NCBI GenBank assembly: GCA_963700855.1
Contig: CAVOYV010000005.1
Coordinates: 70,206 to 134,205, forward strand
Reading direction: 5' to 3'
DNA from: an uncultured Actinomycetes bacterium
GTDB lineage: Bacteria > Actinomycetota > UBA4738 > HRBIN12
DNA length: 64,000 bases
This document shows, piece by piece, positions 54,355-62,931 of this stretch; the stretch's first letter is position 1, and each line of letters starts with the position of its first letter. A program made the translations under genes and the position numbers. The notes under the pieces are model-generated. The model was not told where the DNA came from. It made no database searches and worked only from the letters and a program-made list of their open reading frames with translations.

Positions 54355-55458
54355 ATGCGGACGACCACGAGATCATCCACACGAACCAGGTTCGCGAGGC
54401 TCCTGGCCGCGGCCCTCATCGTGATCCCCACCGCCCTCGCCGCCCTCCCCACCGTCTCGATCGCCCAACCCACCGAGCAAGAGGTCCAGAGCGCCAGAAC
54501 CCGTCTCGCATCGTTGAACCACGATCTCGAGACGGCGATCGAGGCGTGGAACGAGGCGCGGTACCAGCTCACGCAGACGCAGGCGCGCCTGGCGGAGGCG
54601 AAGCGGCTGAAGGCCGCCGCCGAGGCCGAGGCTGCCGACGCACGCCAGCAGCTGTCCGACCGCGCGGTCGACGCCTACACCGGCTTCGGGTCGCAGCTCG
54701 ACGTGCTGCTCGGCGCCGACGACTTCAACGAGTTCTCGGACCGGCTCGAGTTCCTGGGCGCGATCGCCGAATCCGACGCCGACCTCGCCGCCCGGGCCGA
54801 CGCCGCCGGTCAGCGCGCCCAGTGGGCCGCCGAGGAGCTCGCCGCCGCCGAGGCCGAGGCGCAGGAGCGGGTCGACGCGATGGCCGGCCGGCGCGAGGAG
54901 ATCGCGTCGATGCTCGACCAGCAAGAGGCGATCTACCAGGAGCTGTCGGCCGAGTGGCAGGACTACCAGGAGGCGCAGGCGATCCTGGCCGCGCAGCGCG
55001 AAGCGCTGGAAGCCGCGGCGCAGGAGGAGACCCTCGAGGCCACCAGCACGCCACAGTTCACCCCGGACCCGCCGAGCGACCCGCCACCGGTGAGCGGCGC
55101 CGCCGGCGTGGCGGTCCAGGCTGCGTACTCCGTGCTCGGCGCGCCGTACGTGTTCGGCTCCTCGAACCCAGCCGTCGGGCTCGACTGCTCGGGCGTCACC
55201 TCGTACGCGTGGGCGCAGGCGGGCGTCTACCTCCCGCACTCGGCGGCCGCGCAGCGGGCCGCCCTGCCGGAGGTCCCGCTCTCGGAGGTTCAGCCCGGCG
55301 ACATCATCTACTACGGGAACTTCGGTCCCCACGTCGCGATCTACGTGGGCGGCGGGCAGATCATCCACGCCACCAGCCCGGCCCCGGGCGGCCAGGCGCG
55401 GATCGACTCGCTCTACGGGTACGACACCCCGTGGAGCGCGCACCGCGTCAGCGGCTGA
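54355..55458 (+). CDS. RipA-like secreted peptidoglycan hydrolase (coiled-coil N-domain plus NlpC/P60 C-domain)
   Basis: Signal peptide MRTTTRSSTRTRFARLLAAALIVIPTALAALP, a long Ala/Glu/Gln coiled coil, and C-terminal GAPYVFGSS...GLDCSGVTSYAW...GDIIYYG...HVAIYVG (Cys-His catalytic pair). Confidence 0.85.
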   Translation: MRTTTRSSTRTRFARLLAAALIVIPTALAALPTVSIAQPTEQEVQSARTRLASLNHDLETAIEAWNEARYQLTQTQARLAEAKRLKAAAEAEAADARQQLSDRAVDAYTGFGSQLDVLLGADDFNEFSDRLEFLGAIAESDADLAARADAAGQRAQWAAEELAAAEAEAQERVDAMAGRREEIASMLDQQEAIYQELSAEWQDYQEAQAILAAQREALEAAAQEETLEATSTPQFTPDPPSDPPPVSGAAGVAVQAAYSVLGAPYVFGSSNPAVGLDCSGVTSYAWAQAGVYLPHSAAAQRAALPEVPLSEVQPGDIIYYGNFGPHVAIYVGGGQIIHATSPAPGGQARIDSLYGYDTPWSAHRVSG

Positions 55459-55501
55459 CCTACCCTCGCGCGCGGCCGCACACCCCGCTACGCTCCCACG
55501 C

Positions 55502-56134
55502 GTGAACGACGAGCTCGCCCTCGTGGAGCGCCTGCGCGCCGGCGACGAGGCGGCCTTCGCTCACCTCCTCGATACCCTCGGTCCGTCGATGCGCCGCGTG
55601 GCCCGGATGTACGTGTCGACCGACGCGGTCGCCGACGAGGTCGTGCAGGAGGCGTGGATCGGCGTCCTCAAGGGTCTCGACGGGTTCGAGGGCCGGGCCA
55701 GCCTGCGGACCTGGATCTTCCGGATCCTGGTCAACATCGCGAAGACCCGCGGCGTCAAGGAGGCGCGCAGCGTCCCGTTCGCGACGCTCGCCGGCGACGA
55801 TCTCGACCAGCCGACCTGGGATCCCAGCGTATTCCTGGGGCCCGCAGAGGAGTGGGCCGGGCACTGGTCGACCCTCCCGTTCGACTGGCGCGGGCTCCCC
55901 GAGGATCGGGTGGGCGGTGCGGAGACCCTGCGGGCGATCGGCGAGGCGATCGGCGGGCTCCCCCCGATGCAGGCCGAGGTGATCCGGCTGCGCGACGTCA
56001 TGGGCTGGACCTCCGAGGAGGTCCGTAACGCCTTGGATCTGACCGACACCAATCAACGGGTCCTCCTGCACCGCGCGAGGGCGAGCGTTCGCCGAGCGCT
56101 GGAGGACCACTTCCGGAGCGTGAGCGAGGCATGA
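55502..56134 (+). CDS. ECF sigma-70 family factor
   Basis: Region 2 is ADEVVQEAWIGVLKGLDGFEGRASLRTWIFRILVNIA. Region 4 is LPPMQAEVIRLRDVMGWTSEEVRNALDLTDTNQRVLLHRARASVRRAL. GTG start. Confidence 0.85.
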   Translation: MNDELALVERLRAGDEAAFAHLLDTLGPSMRRVARMYVSTDAVADEVVQEAWIGVLKGLDGFEGRASLRTWIFRILVNIAKTRGVKEARSVPFATLAGDDLDQPTWDPSVFLGPAEEWAGHWSTLPFDWRGLPEDRVGGAETLRAIGEAIGGLPPMQAEVIRLRDVMGWTSEEVRNALDLTDTNQRVLLHRARASVRRALEDHFRSVSEA

Positions 56135-56385
56135 GCGTGACCGAAGGGCTGACCTGTCGCGAGCTGGTGGAGCTGGTGAGCGCGTACCTCGACGGCGACC
56201 TGTCGCCGGTCGAGGCGGGGCGCGTCGAGGAGCACGTCGCCGACTGCGACGGCTGCGAGATGGTCCTCGATGAGTTCCGCGACACGATCCGGCTCACCGG
56301 GATGCTCTCGGAGGAGGCGGTCACGCCCACGCAGCGCGACACGCTGCTCGGGGCGTTCCGCGACTGGAAGGCCGGCCGGGGCTAG
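56131..56385 (+). CDS. Soluble zinc-binding (ZAS, HxxxCxxC) anti-sigma factor
   Basis: 84 aa. LTCRELVELVSAYLDGDL...EEHVADCDGC matches C-x25-H-x3-C-x2-C as in RsrA/RshA. ATGA overlap with the sigma gene. Confidence 0.8.
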   Translation: MSVTEGLTCRELVELVSAYLDGDLSPVEAGRVEEHVADCDGCEMVLDEFRDTIRLTGMLSEEAVTPTQRDTLLGAFRDWKAGRG

Positions 56386-56591
56386 CCGCCGGCCAGCAGC
56401 GCGTCCAGGTCGGCCAGCCGCACCTTCGCCTGCTGGGCCAGCGCGTCGTTCCCGATCGCCTCGGCCTCGTGGAGCGCCCTGCCCAGGAGGTCGGCGGCTT
56501 GCTGCGCCCGCTGGTCGCCCTTCGATGCCGTGGCGTACTTGAGCTTCTCGTCGGCCTTCACGATCAACTCGAAGATCTCGGCCGGCTCCAT
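56382..56591 (-). CDS. Small helical protein translationally coupled to the thioredoxin reductase gene
   Basis: MEPAEIFELIVKADEKLKYATASKGDQRAQQAADLLGRALHEAEAIG... Its ATG at 56591 overlaps the TGA of the upstream gene (ATGA). Confidence 0.45.
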   Translation of the reverse strand: MEPAEIFELIVKADEKLKYATASKGDQRAQQAADLLGRALHEAEAIGNDALAQQAKVRLADLDALLAGG

Positions 56592-57803
56592 CAGTGCTCC
56601 TCCCGGGCCTCGAACCGGTCGAGCCACTGCCGGATCTGGATCGCGACCGCGGCGCCCTCGCCGACCGCGCTGGCGAGCTGCTTCGTCGAGCCCCGACGGA
56701 CGTCGCCGGCGGCGAACACTCCGGCCAGGTTCGTCATGAAGGTCGCGGGGTCCGTCACGACGAACCCCTGCGGGTCGAGCTCCACGCCGTCCCCGAGGAA
56801 CCCCGTGTTCGGGTCGAGGCCGATGAAGACGAAGGCGCCGGCCGGATGGTGCTCCTCGAGCTCGCCGGTGTCACGATCCTCGATCACGACGGTCCCCAGC
56901 TTGCCGCCGTCCTTCGCCACGAAGGCCTTGACGGCGTGACGGAGCTCGACCTCCATCTTCGGGTGCGATCGCACCTTGTCCTGGAGCAGCTTCGAGCCAC
57001 GCAGCTGGTCGCCGTACTCGACCACCGTGACCTTGTCGGCGAACTGCGCGAGGAACAGGCCCTCCTCGAGACCCGAGTTCCCGCCCCCGATCACGATCAG
57101 CTCCTCGGCACCCTTGATAGAAGGGGCCGTCGCAGGTGGCACAGAAGTGGATCCCGGCGCCGATCAGTTCCTCCTCGCCCTCGGCGCCGGTCCTCCGATA
57201 GGACGACCCGGTGGCGATCAGCACCGCCTCGGCCTCGTAGGTGTCCCCCGTCGCGGTCTCGACGCGCAGCTCGTCGCCGTCGCGATGGATCCCCGTGACG
57301 GAGACGGCCTGAAGCATCTCGACCCCGTAACGCTCGGCCTGCTTCACGAACCGCTCTGCCAGCTCGGCGCCGGCGATCCCGTCGGGGAAGCCCGGGTAGT
57401 TGTCGAAGCGCTCGGTCACGCTCGCCTGCCCTCCGAGGCCCTTCGAGTCGATCACGAGCACGTCGAGGTTCTCGCGGGCGCCGTAGATCGCGGTCGTCAG
57501 CCCGGCGGGGCCGCCGCCGATCACGATCAGGTCGTAGACGTGCATCTTCGCCTGCCGGGCGAGGCCGAGCTTGTCGGCGAGCTCCTCGTTCGACGGCTCG
57601 GCCAGGTGGGTCCCGTCGGGGAACACCACCGTCGGGATGATCCGCTTGCCGCCGTTGCGCTCTTCGACCAGCGCCTGGAGGTCGTCACGACCGTCGATGT
57701 CGTGCCACAGGTAGTGGACCCGCTGATCGGTCAGGAACTTCTTCGCTCGGCGGCAGTCGGGGCACCAGGCGGCGCCGTAGACCTCGATCGCTCCGTCCGT
57801 CAT
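56591..57803 (-). CDS. trxB: Glutaredoxin/NrdH-like domain fused to thioredoxin-disulfide reductase. One frame break at about 57116.
   Basis: N-terminal EVYGAAWCPDCRRAKKFL (CxxC redoxin). Then DLIVIGGGPAGLTTAIY (FAD), CATCDGPFY (redox CxxC) | KGAEELIVIGGGNSGLEEGLFL (NADPH), GVFAAGDV. The break looks like one extra base between TAT and AAG in ttctatcaagggtgcc. Confidence 0.8.
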
Positions 57804-57862
57804 GTCTCGCGCTCCTCGGTCCTCGGTGGGTTCGGGCTGGTGCAGGGAACCGTCTGCGGCGA

Positions 57863-57890
57863 CAACGCTCGCGTTACGCCGAGCCTTCCC
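57863..57890 (-). promoter_or_regulatory. SigR/SigH-type ECF promoter candidate upstream of the redoxin-TrxR gene
   Basis: The minus strand reads GGGAAG (57890-57885), an 18-nt spacer, then GTTG (57866-57863). It ends 59 nt upstream of the ATG at 57803. From memory, the consensus for thiol-stress ECF sigmas is GGAAT-N18-GTT. Confidence 0.35.
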
Positions 57891-58001
57891 GAGTGACGCG
57901 GCGGCGAAGCCTCCGGGAACGCACCGGGAACATCCGGCGCGGCCCCTGGCGCGTGCAGCCGGCGCCCGCCACCATCAGCCCGACACGGAAAGGAGACCGC
58001 G

Positions 58002-58208
58002 GTGGCCACGACGTTCCACGACGATCCTCGCCGGCTGGTGCTCCGTATGCTCGACCACCACGCGGGCGAGGGGTACACCGTCGGCCAGCTGGCCCGCACG
58101 ATCGGGCTCCCCCTGTCGACGGTGACGACGGCGCTCGGCGAGCTGGTGTCCGTCGGGCTCGTACGCGTCGACGACGACGAGTACCTCTCGACGCTGCAGC
58201 TCGACTAG
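58002..58208 (+). CDS. Small winged-helix (MarR/ArsR-like) protein
   Basis: 68 aa. YTVGQLARTIGLPLSTVTTALGELVSVGLV is HTH-like. AAAGGAG lies 5 nt upstream of the GTG. Confidence 0.45.
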   Translation: MATTFHDDPRRLVLRMLDHHAGEGYTVGQLARTIGLPLSTVTTALGELVSVGLVRVDDDEYLSTLQLD

Positions 58209-58264
58209 CGCAACCGGCGCCATCACCCCTCCTCCGCACCAGACGTCCCCCGCATGTGGACGGG

Positions 58265-58651
58265 TCAGCGCGGGGTTTCGACCGGGAGTCCGGCGGCCGC
58301 AGCGGCGTCCGCCTGTCGCAGGTCGTACGTGACGAAGGCCTCGAGGTCGGCGCCGAGCTGCAGGGCCGACGCCAGGTGGATCGCATCGAGGGTCCGCAGC
58401 TGCGAGGGACCGAGCGTCGACGCGATCCGCAGCGTGGGTCGATCGAGCGCGAGGAGCGCGACGGCGGACAGCACCGGACCGCACACATCGTGGTCGGTGA
58501 CGCGCCTCGCCGCCCGGGTCACCTCCACCTCCACGAGCGAGCTCGACACGAGACGGCGTCCGCGGACCCTGCCGCCGAGCGCCTCGGACTCGGGCTCGTC
58601 GAGACAGAGCTTCGCCACAGCGGACGCATCCAGGTAGAGGACCGCCGGCAT
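58265..58651 (-). CDS. vapC: PIN-domain toxin (VapC)
   Basis: LYLDASAVAKL (first acidic residue), SSLVEVEV, LRTLDAIHLASAL, TYD. The ATGA overlap with the upstream antitoxin is a typical VapBC layout. Confidence 0.85.
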   Translation of the reverse strand: MPAVLYLDASAVAKLCLDEPESEALGGRVRGRRLVSSSLVEVEVTRAARRVTDHDVCGPVLSAVALLALDRPTLRIASTLGPSQLRTLDAIHLASALQLGADLEAFVTYDLRQADAAAAAGLPVETPR

Positions 58652-58950
58652 CAGACGGTGTCCTCACGCTGCTCGTCGAGCGCCCGCATGATCGCGCGGC
58701 TCGTCGCCCGGCTCGGCTTCGTCGTCGTGGACAAGACATCGTCGATCGAGCGGGACGGCATGATCACGCGTCCATCCCCGGCGAGCCGCTCGAGCACGTC
58801 GACGCTCGCGGGCAGGGGCGTCAGCCGGGCCACCGGACGGCCGTGGTCGGTCACCACGAGCGAATCCCCCTTCTGCACCCTCCGCAGGTAGACGGAGAGA
58901 TTCTGGCGGAGCTCTCTGACGCCCACGCGTTCCGGCAGGTCAGAGGTCAT
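58651..58950 (-). CDS. vapB: Phd/YefM-type antitoxin (VapB role)
   Basis: MTSDLPERVGVRELRQNLSVYLRRVQKGDSLVVTDHGRPVARLTPL is the classic Phd/YefM N-terminus. ATG at 58950. Confidence 0.8.
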   Translation of the reverse strand: MTSDLPERVGVRELRQNLSVYLRRVQKGDSLVVTDHGRPVARLTPLPASVDVLERLAGDGRVIMPSRSIDDVLSTTTKPSRATSRAIMRALDEQREDTV

Positions 58951-58970
58951 GTAGCACAATGTAGCACAAC
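58951..58970 (-). promoter_or_regulatory. Tandem 10-nt direct repeat abutting the antitoxin start codon (candidate operator with an embedded -10)
   Basis: The minus strand reads TGA-GTTGTGCTAC-ATTGTGCTAC-ATG. TACATT (fits TANNNT) ends 7 nt before the ATG, and there is no room for an SD. This suggests a leaderless vapB transcript. Confidence 0.4.
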
Positions 58971-59881
58971 TCAGACGAGGGCTGCGAGGGACCCGGCCTC
59001 GGTGCGGATCGCGGCGCCCTCGTGCAGCCGGTCGAGCCACGCGACCGGCAGACCGTCGACGCCGTGGAGGGCACCCAGCAGGGCTCCGGCGACGGCGGCG
59101 TTCGTGTCCGTGTCGCCGCCCAGGCCGACCACCCGGCGGAGCCCCTCCTCGAACCCGACGCCCTCCGCGGCCACCTGCAGCCCGATCCCCGCGGTGAACA
59201 GCGTGAACCCCATGTCGGGCCCGTCGATCGTGGCGGGCGCGGCCGGCCTCGTCGACCAGGTAGGCGAGCTCCTCGCCGCCCTCGTCGTCCTCCACGGCAT
59301 GGACCGCCTCCACCACGGCATCGCGCGGAGGCTCGCCGCGGACGAGCGCCGCGACGGCGAGGGTCACCGCCAGGCATGCGGTCCGGCACCGCATGTCCCA
59401 GTGGGTGAGGCACGACAGCGCGGGCGCCTCCTCGACCAGGCGCTCGGGCTCGCGAGCCCGGACGACCCCGAGCGGCGCGCAGTACATCACGGAGCCGTTG
59501 CCCGCGCTCACCTCGGGGCCACGCCGCTCGAACACGGCCCGCGCGGGTTCCTCGGTCCCACGCTCCGCCTCGCGCAGGGCCGCGCGCGTCTGGTTCCCCA
59601 CGTCGGGCGGTCCGGTCGCGAGCCACGCGCAGGTGTCGCGCACGCACGTCGTCCAGATCGAGCGCACCGCTCGATGGTCGATCAGCGACGTCCACAGGTT
59701 CCGCGCCATCGCGGTGTCGTCGGTCCACGTGCCCGGGCGACAGGCCCATCCACGGCCGCTCGAACGCGGGGAGCGGCGACGGGATCGACGACGCCCGCTG
59801 GAACTCGTACGGCGCGCCGAGCGCGTCGCCGAGCGCCAGTCCCAGGATGGACCCGGTCGCTCGTTGCCTCGTCGCCTCCAC
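58971..59881 (-). pseudogene. ADP-ribosylglycohydrolase-family protein, two frame breaks (about 59733 and 59245)
   Basis: The first piece is MEATRQRATGSILGLALGDALGAPYEFQ...GLSPG. The second is TWTDDTAMARNLWTSL...GNGSVMYCAPLG...ELAYLVDEAGRA. The third is ATIDGPDMGFTLFTAG...GLGGDTDTNAAVAGALLGALHG... Confidence 0.7.
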
Positions 59882-59900
59882 GCGACGATGCTAGCCCCCG

Positions 59901-60212
59901 ATGGACGAGGCTCCGCGCCCGCGATCCCAGATCCGCTTCGACGCGCTCGGGGTCGCGCTCATGGTCGCGGCGCTGGCGATCGGACTGGTGAACCGTGCGA
60001 TCCTCCCGGCCGCCGACGAGTGCCGCCGGATCAGCCCCGTCTCGCCCTTCCTGCTGTCCGCGAGCGTGATCGCCTTCGGCTTCGGGCTGGTCCGATGCCT
60101 GGTCGGCCCGGCCCGCCGCTACGGCACGATCGTGATGGTGGCGGTGGCGGCGCTGCTCGTCGCGCTCGCCCTGTTCGCGGCCGCGAACATCGACTCGCTC
60201 GACTGCGGCTGA
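59901..60212 (+). CDS. Small membrane protein (3 TM helices)
   Basis: 103-aa ORF. ALGVALMVAALAIGLV, FLLSASVIAFGFGLV, IVMVAVAALLVALALFAAA. Confidence 0.45.
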   Translation: MDEAPRPRSQIRFDALGVALMVAALAIGLVNRAILPAADECRRISPVSPFLLSASVIAFGFGLVRCLVGPARRYGTIVMVAVAALLVALALFAAANIDSLDCG

Positions 60213-60263
60213 CGCATCTTCGCAGGTCACAGCCTTGGAACGTCTGGTAGCCTGGCCAGCCGT

Positions 60264-60867
60264 ATGCAGAAGAGCGGCCCCAAGCACAAGACCTGTCGAC
60301 GCGTCGGCGCCCCCCTGTGTGGGCGTCCGAACTGCCCATCCGAGAAGCGGCCCTACCCTCCCGGCCAGCACGGTCGTGGCCGCAAGCGCATCTCCGAGTA
60401 CCAGACACGCCTGGTCGAGAAGCAGAAGCTCCGCGCGATCTACGGCGTGAACGAGAAGCAGATGCGCGCCTACTACGAGAAGGCCACGCGGCATCAGGGT
60501 GTGACCGGCGAGGTGATGATCCGGCAGCTCGAGACGCGGATCGACACGGTCTGCCTGCGTCTTGGGTTCGCGCTCACGACCAGCCAGGCTCGACAGCTCG
60601 TCAGCCACGGCCACGTCTCGCTCGACGGCCGTCGCCTCGACGTGCCGAGCGCGCAGGTCAAGCCGGGTCAGACGATCACGCTGTCCGACAAGGCCCGCAA
60701 CTTCGTGTTCGTCCGCGAGGCCCTCGAGATCACGCCGGAGCCGCCGCCGTACCTCTACCGGAACAAGGACGAGGTCAGCGGCACCCTCTCCCGGCTGCCC
60801 GAGCGCGACGAGATCCCCGCTCCCGGTGCCGCTGGAAGAGCGGTTGATCGTCGAGTTCTACTCGTAG
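60264..60867 (+). CDS. rpsD: 30S ribosomal protein S4 (Cys-containing zinc-ribbon-type N-terminus). One extra base near the 3' end breaks the frame.
   Basis: CRRVGAPLCGRPNCPSEKRPYPPGQHG, YQTRLVEKQKLRAIYG, RLGFALTTSQARQLVSHGHVSLDGRRLDVPSAQVKPG. The expected end IPLPVPLEERLIVEFYS* is in the +1 frame after the C-run at 60815-60818. The length of 604 nt is 3n+1. Confidence 0.85.
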
Positions 60868-61364
60868 GCCCGGCGGACCTCCTCGGTCGCTCGCTCCATC
60901 GCCGCGCAGACCTCGTGTGCCTGCTCCGCCGTGAGCTCCGACCGCAGGACCGTGAAGCACACCTCCTCCTCGGCGGAAAGGTGTTCCTCGAGCACGTCGT
61001 GGAGCCGGCCGAGGATCCGCTCGAGCCGCGCCTCCGCCGGGGAGCCTGACTCCGGCAGGGACCGGCGCGCCTGATCGAGTTCGTCGGTCAGGCGGGCCAG
61101 CTCCTGATGCTGCTTCGTCATCTCGATCGACCGCAGCTGCGAGCCCGTCACCTTGCGGAGCACGGGGAAGACCGTGCGCCCCTCGCCGACCGCGTGCGGC
61201 ATCAGGTCGTGGGCCAACGCTTCCTCCAGCGCGCCGGTCAGCACGAGCAGCCGCTGGGTCGACGAACCGCCCACGGCCGCCTCGGCCTCACCGATCGACG
61301 TCACGAGCGGCACGAAGTGCTCGTGGCGTTCGCTGAGGGAACCGGGTGTGCCGGTGGTCGTCAT
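60858..61364 (-). CDS. Hemerythrin-like (HHE cation-binding) domain protein
   Basis: The start MTTTGTPGS is at 61364. HEHFVPLV...LMPHAVGEGRTVFPVL...QHQEL...LEEHLSAEEEVCF shows spaced His/Glu ligand patterns. Confidence 0.65.
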   Translation of the reverse strand: MTTTGTPGSLSERHEHFVPLVTSIGEAEAAVGGSSTQRLLVLTGALEEALAHDLMPHAVGEGRTVFPVLRKVTGSQLRSIEMTKQHQELARLTDELDQARRSLPESGSPAEARLERILGRLHDVLEEHLSAEEEVCFTVLRSELTAEQAHEVCAAMERATEEVRRAYE

Positions 61365-61471
61365 CGTGGACCTCCTTCCCGCCCTCGCCGGGCGGTCACC
61401 ACCACGCCCCCACCGTAGGACCACCGTCGCCGCACCGGATGGGTCACCGGTCCCATCGGCGGAGGGACGGC

Positions 61472-62299
61472 TCAGCCGTGCTCCTCAGCCAGCAGCGAGA
61501 GGAACCGCGTGGCGATCCACGGTCGGATCCCGCTCGGCATCGCCAGGTAGTGCCCGTCGACGACCTCCGAGACCGACTCCCACGCGCGAAGCATGCCGTG
61601 AGCGTTCGAGGAGAAGCGGGTCGACAGGCCGGCCACGACCGCGACGTCGGGGTCGGCCGAGCGGACCTGCGCTGCTGCCGCCTCGACGAACGCGGCGTAG
61701 TCGGCCGGTCGCTCCTGCAATTCCTGGGCCTGGATCTCGACGACGTCGGCGACCGAGGCGGCCGCGTACGGCACCCCGCACCGCACGAACGCCTCCTCGT
61801 TCGTCTCGCCCTCGTCGGCGGCGCACACCGCGTCGGCGACCTGCATCAGGTTCTGGTGCGGCGTGACGATCACCTGGTCGTAGCCGGCCGACCGTGCGAC
61901 GGCGGCGAACGTCCGCATCGCGTTGATCGGGTCGCGACGCTCGTCGGCCGGCGTGGCCTTCCACCGCTCGGGGTCGTACATCACGACCTCCACGTCGTCG
62001 GGGATCCGGCCCGCCTCGTGGTCGGCCACGAACGTTTCGAGGCTCGCCCACGCGGCACCGCGGGTCGCCCCCTTCCATCCGTCGTTCAGGACGACCGAGT
62101 CGGAGCGATCGAAGTAGAGGCGGGCGACAGGCGGGTCGAACCGGAAGATCCGCCCGACCGTGCCGGAGGCGGCGATCCATCGCTGGCCCAGCGGCGGACG
62201 CTCCGGCAGGAAGCGCGGCACGAGGAGCGCGCCCATCGCGAGCACCACCAGGGGCGCCGCGAGCAGGGCCCAGAGCCGCCACCCCGTGGGCATCCGCAT
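61472..62299 (-). CDS. Membrane-anchored hypothetical protein
   Basis: 275-aa ORF with an N-terminal TM helix (WRLWALLAAPLVVLAMGALLV) and a globular domain with no motif I recognise. Confidence 0.5.
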   Translation of the reverse strand: MRMPTGWRLWALLAAPLVVLAMGALLVPRFLPERPPLGQRWIAASGTVGRIFRFDPPVARLYFDRSDSVVLNDGWKGATRGAAWASLETFVADHEAGRIPDDVEVVMYDPERWKATPADERRDPINAMRTFAAVARSAGYDQVIVTPHQNLMQVADAVCAADEGETNEEAFVRCGVPYAAASVADVVEIQAQELQERPADYAAFVEAAAAQVRSADPDVAVVAGLSTRFSSNAHGMLRAWESVSEVVDGHYLAMPSGIRPWIATRFLSLLAEEHG

Positions 62300-62318
62300 G
62301 CCCTCACCGTATCGCCGC

Positions 62319-62927
62319 TCAGTCGGGCGGACGGAGGGACGCGCGGACGAAGGCCACGACCTCTTCCTCGCGTCGCTTCAGCGACGATCGGGCGTCGTCG
62401 GCGCCCATGAACGACGACAGGACGCTCGCCTCGGTGAGCGATCCGATCACCGCCGTGTACAGCGTGAACAGCAGCAGCGCCGGGTCCTGCCTTCGGATCT
62501 CACCGGCGTCCATCCCTGCCTGCAGGAAGACGATCGCTCCCTCGCGCAGCGGATCGAGCGCGGCCGCGAAGCGGTCGAACGCGTTGGGGCCCAGCCGTCC
62601 CGCCTCCCGGATGAACATCGGGAACTCGGGCCACTCCTCGGCCAGGGCGTACACCGCGCGGATCACCGCCTCGGCGCGCTCCCCCGGCTCGGCCGGCGCG
62701 TCGAGGGCGTGCTCGATGTCCTGGGCGACCCGCCGGCCGGCGGCCGCGAGGCAGGCCTCGAGCAGGTCGTCCTTCGTCGGGAAGTAGTACAGGAGCGTCT
62801 GCTTGCGGATCCCGACCGCCTGCGCGATCTGGTCGAGCGACGCCCCCTGGTAGCCCTCGCGCCCGAAGGCGCGGATCGCCTCCTCGACGATCGTGGTCCG
62901 CCGCTCCGCCCCCCCCTGGCGCGGCAC
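62319..62927 (-). CDS. TetR-family transcriptional regulator
   Basis: IVEEAIRAFGREGYQGASLDQIAQAVGIRKQTLLYYFPTKDDLL is the TetR HTH. Confidence 0.85.
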   Translation of the reverse strand: MPRQGGAERRTTIVEEAIRAFGREGYQGASLDQIAQAVGIRKQTLLYYFPTKDDLLEACLAAAGRRVAQDIEHALDAPAEPGERAEAVIRAVYALAEEWPEFPMFIREAGRLGPNAFDRFAAALDPLREGAIVFLQAGMDAGEIRRQDPALLLFTLYTAVIGSLTEASVLSSFMGADDARSSLKRREEEVVAFVRASLRPPD

Positions 62928-62931
62928 GGGC

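Noticed and set aside
60264-60867. rpsD as a genuine pseudogene.
   Set aside because: It is an essential single-function gene, the break is one extra C in a CCCC run 50 nt from the stop, and the conserved C-terminus LIVEFYS* follows in the shifted frame. An assembly error is far more likely.
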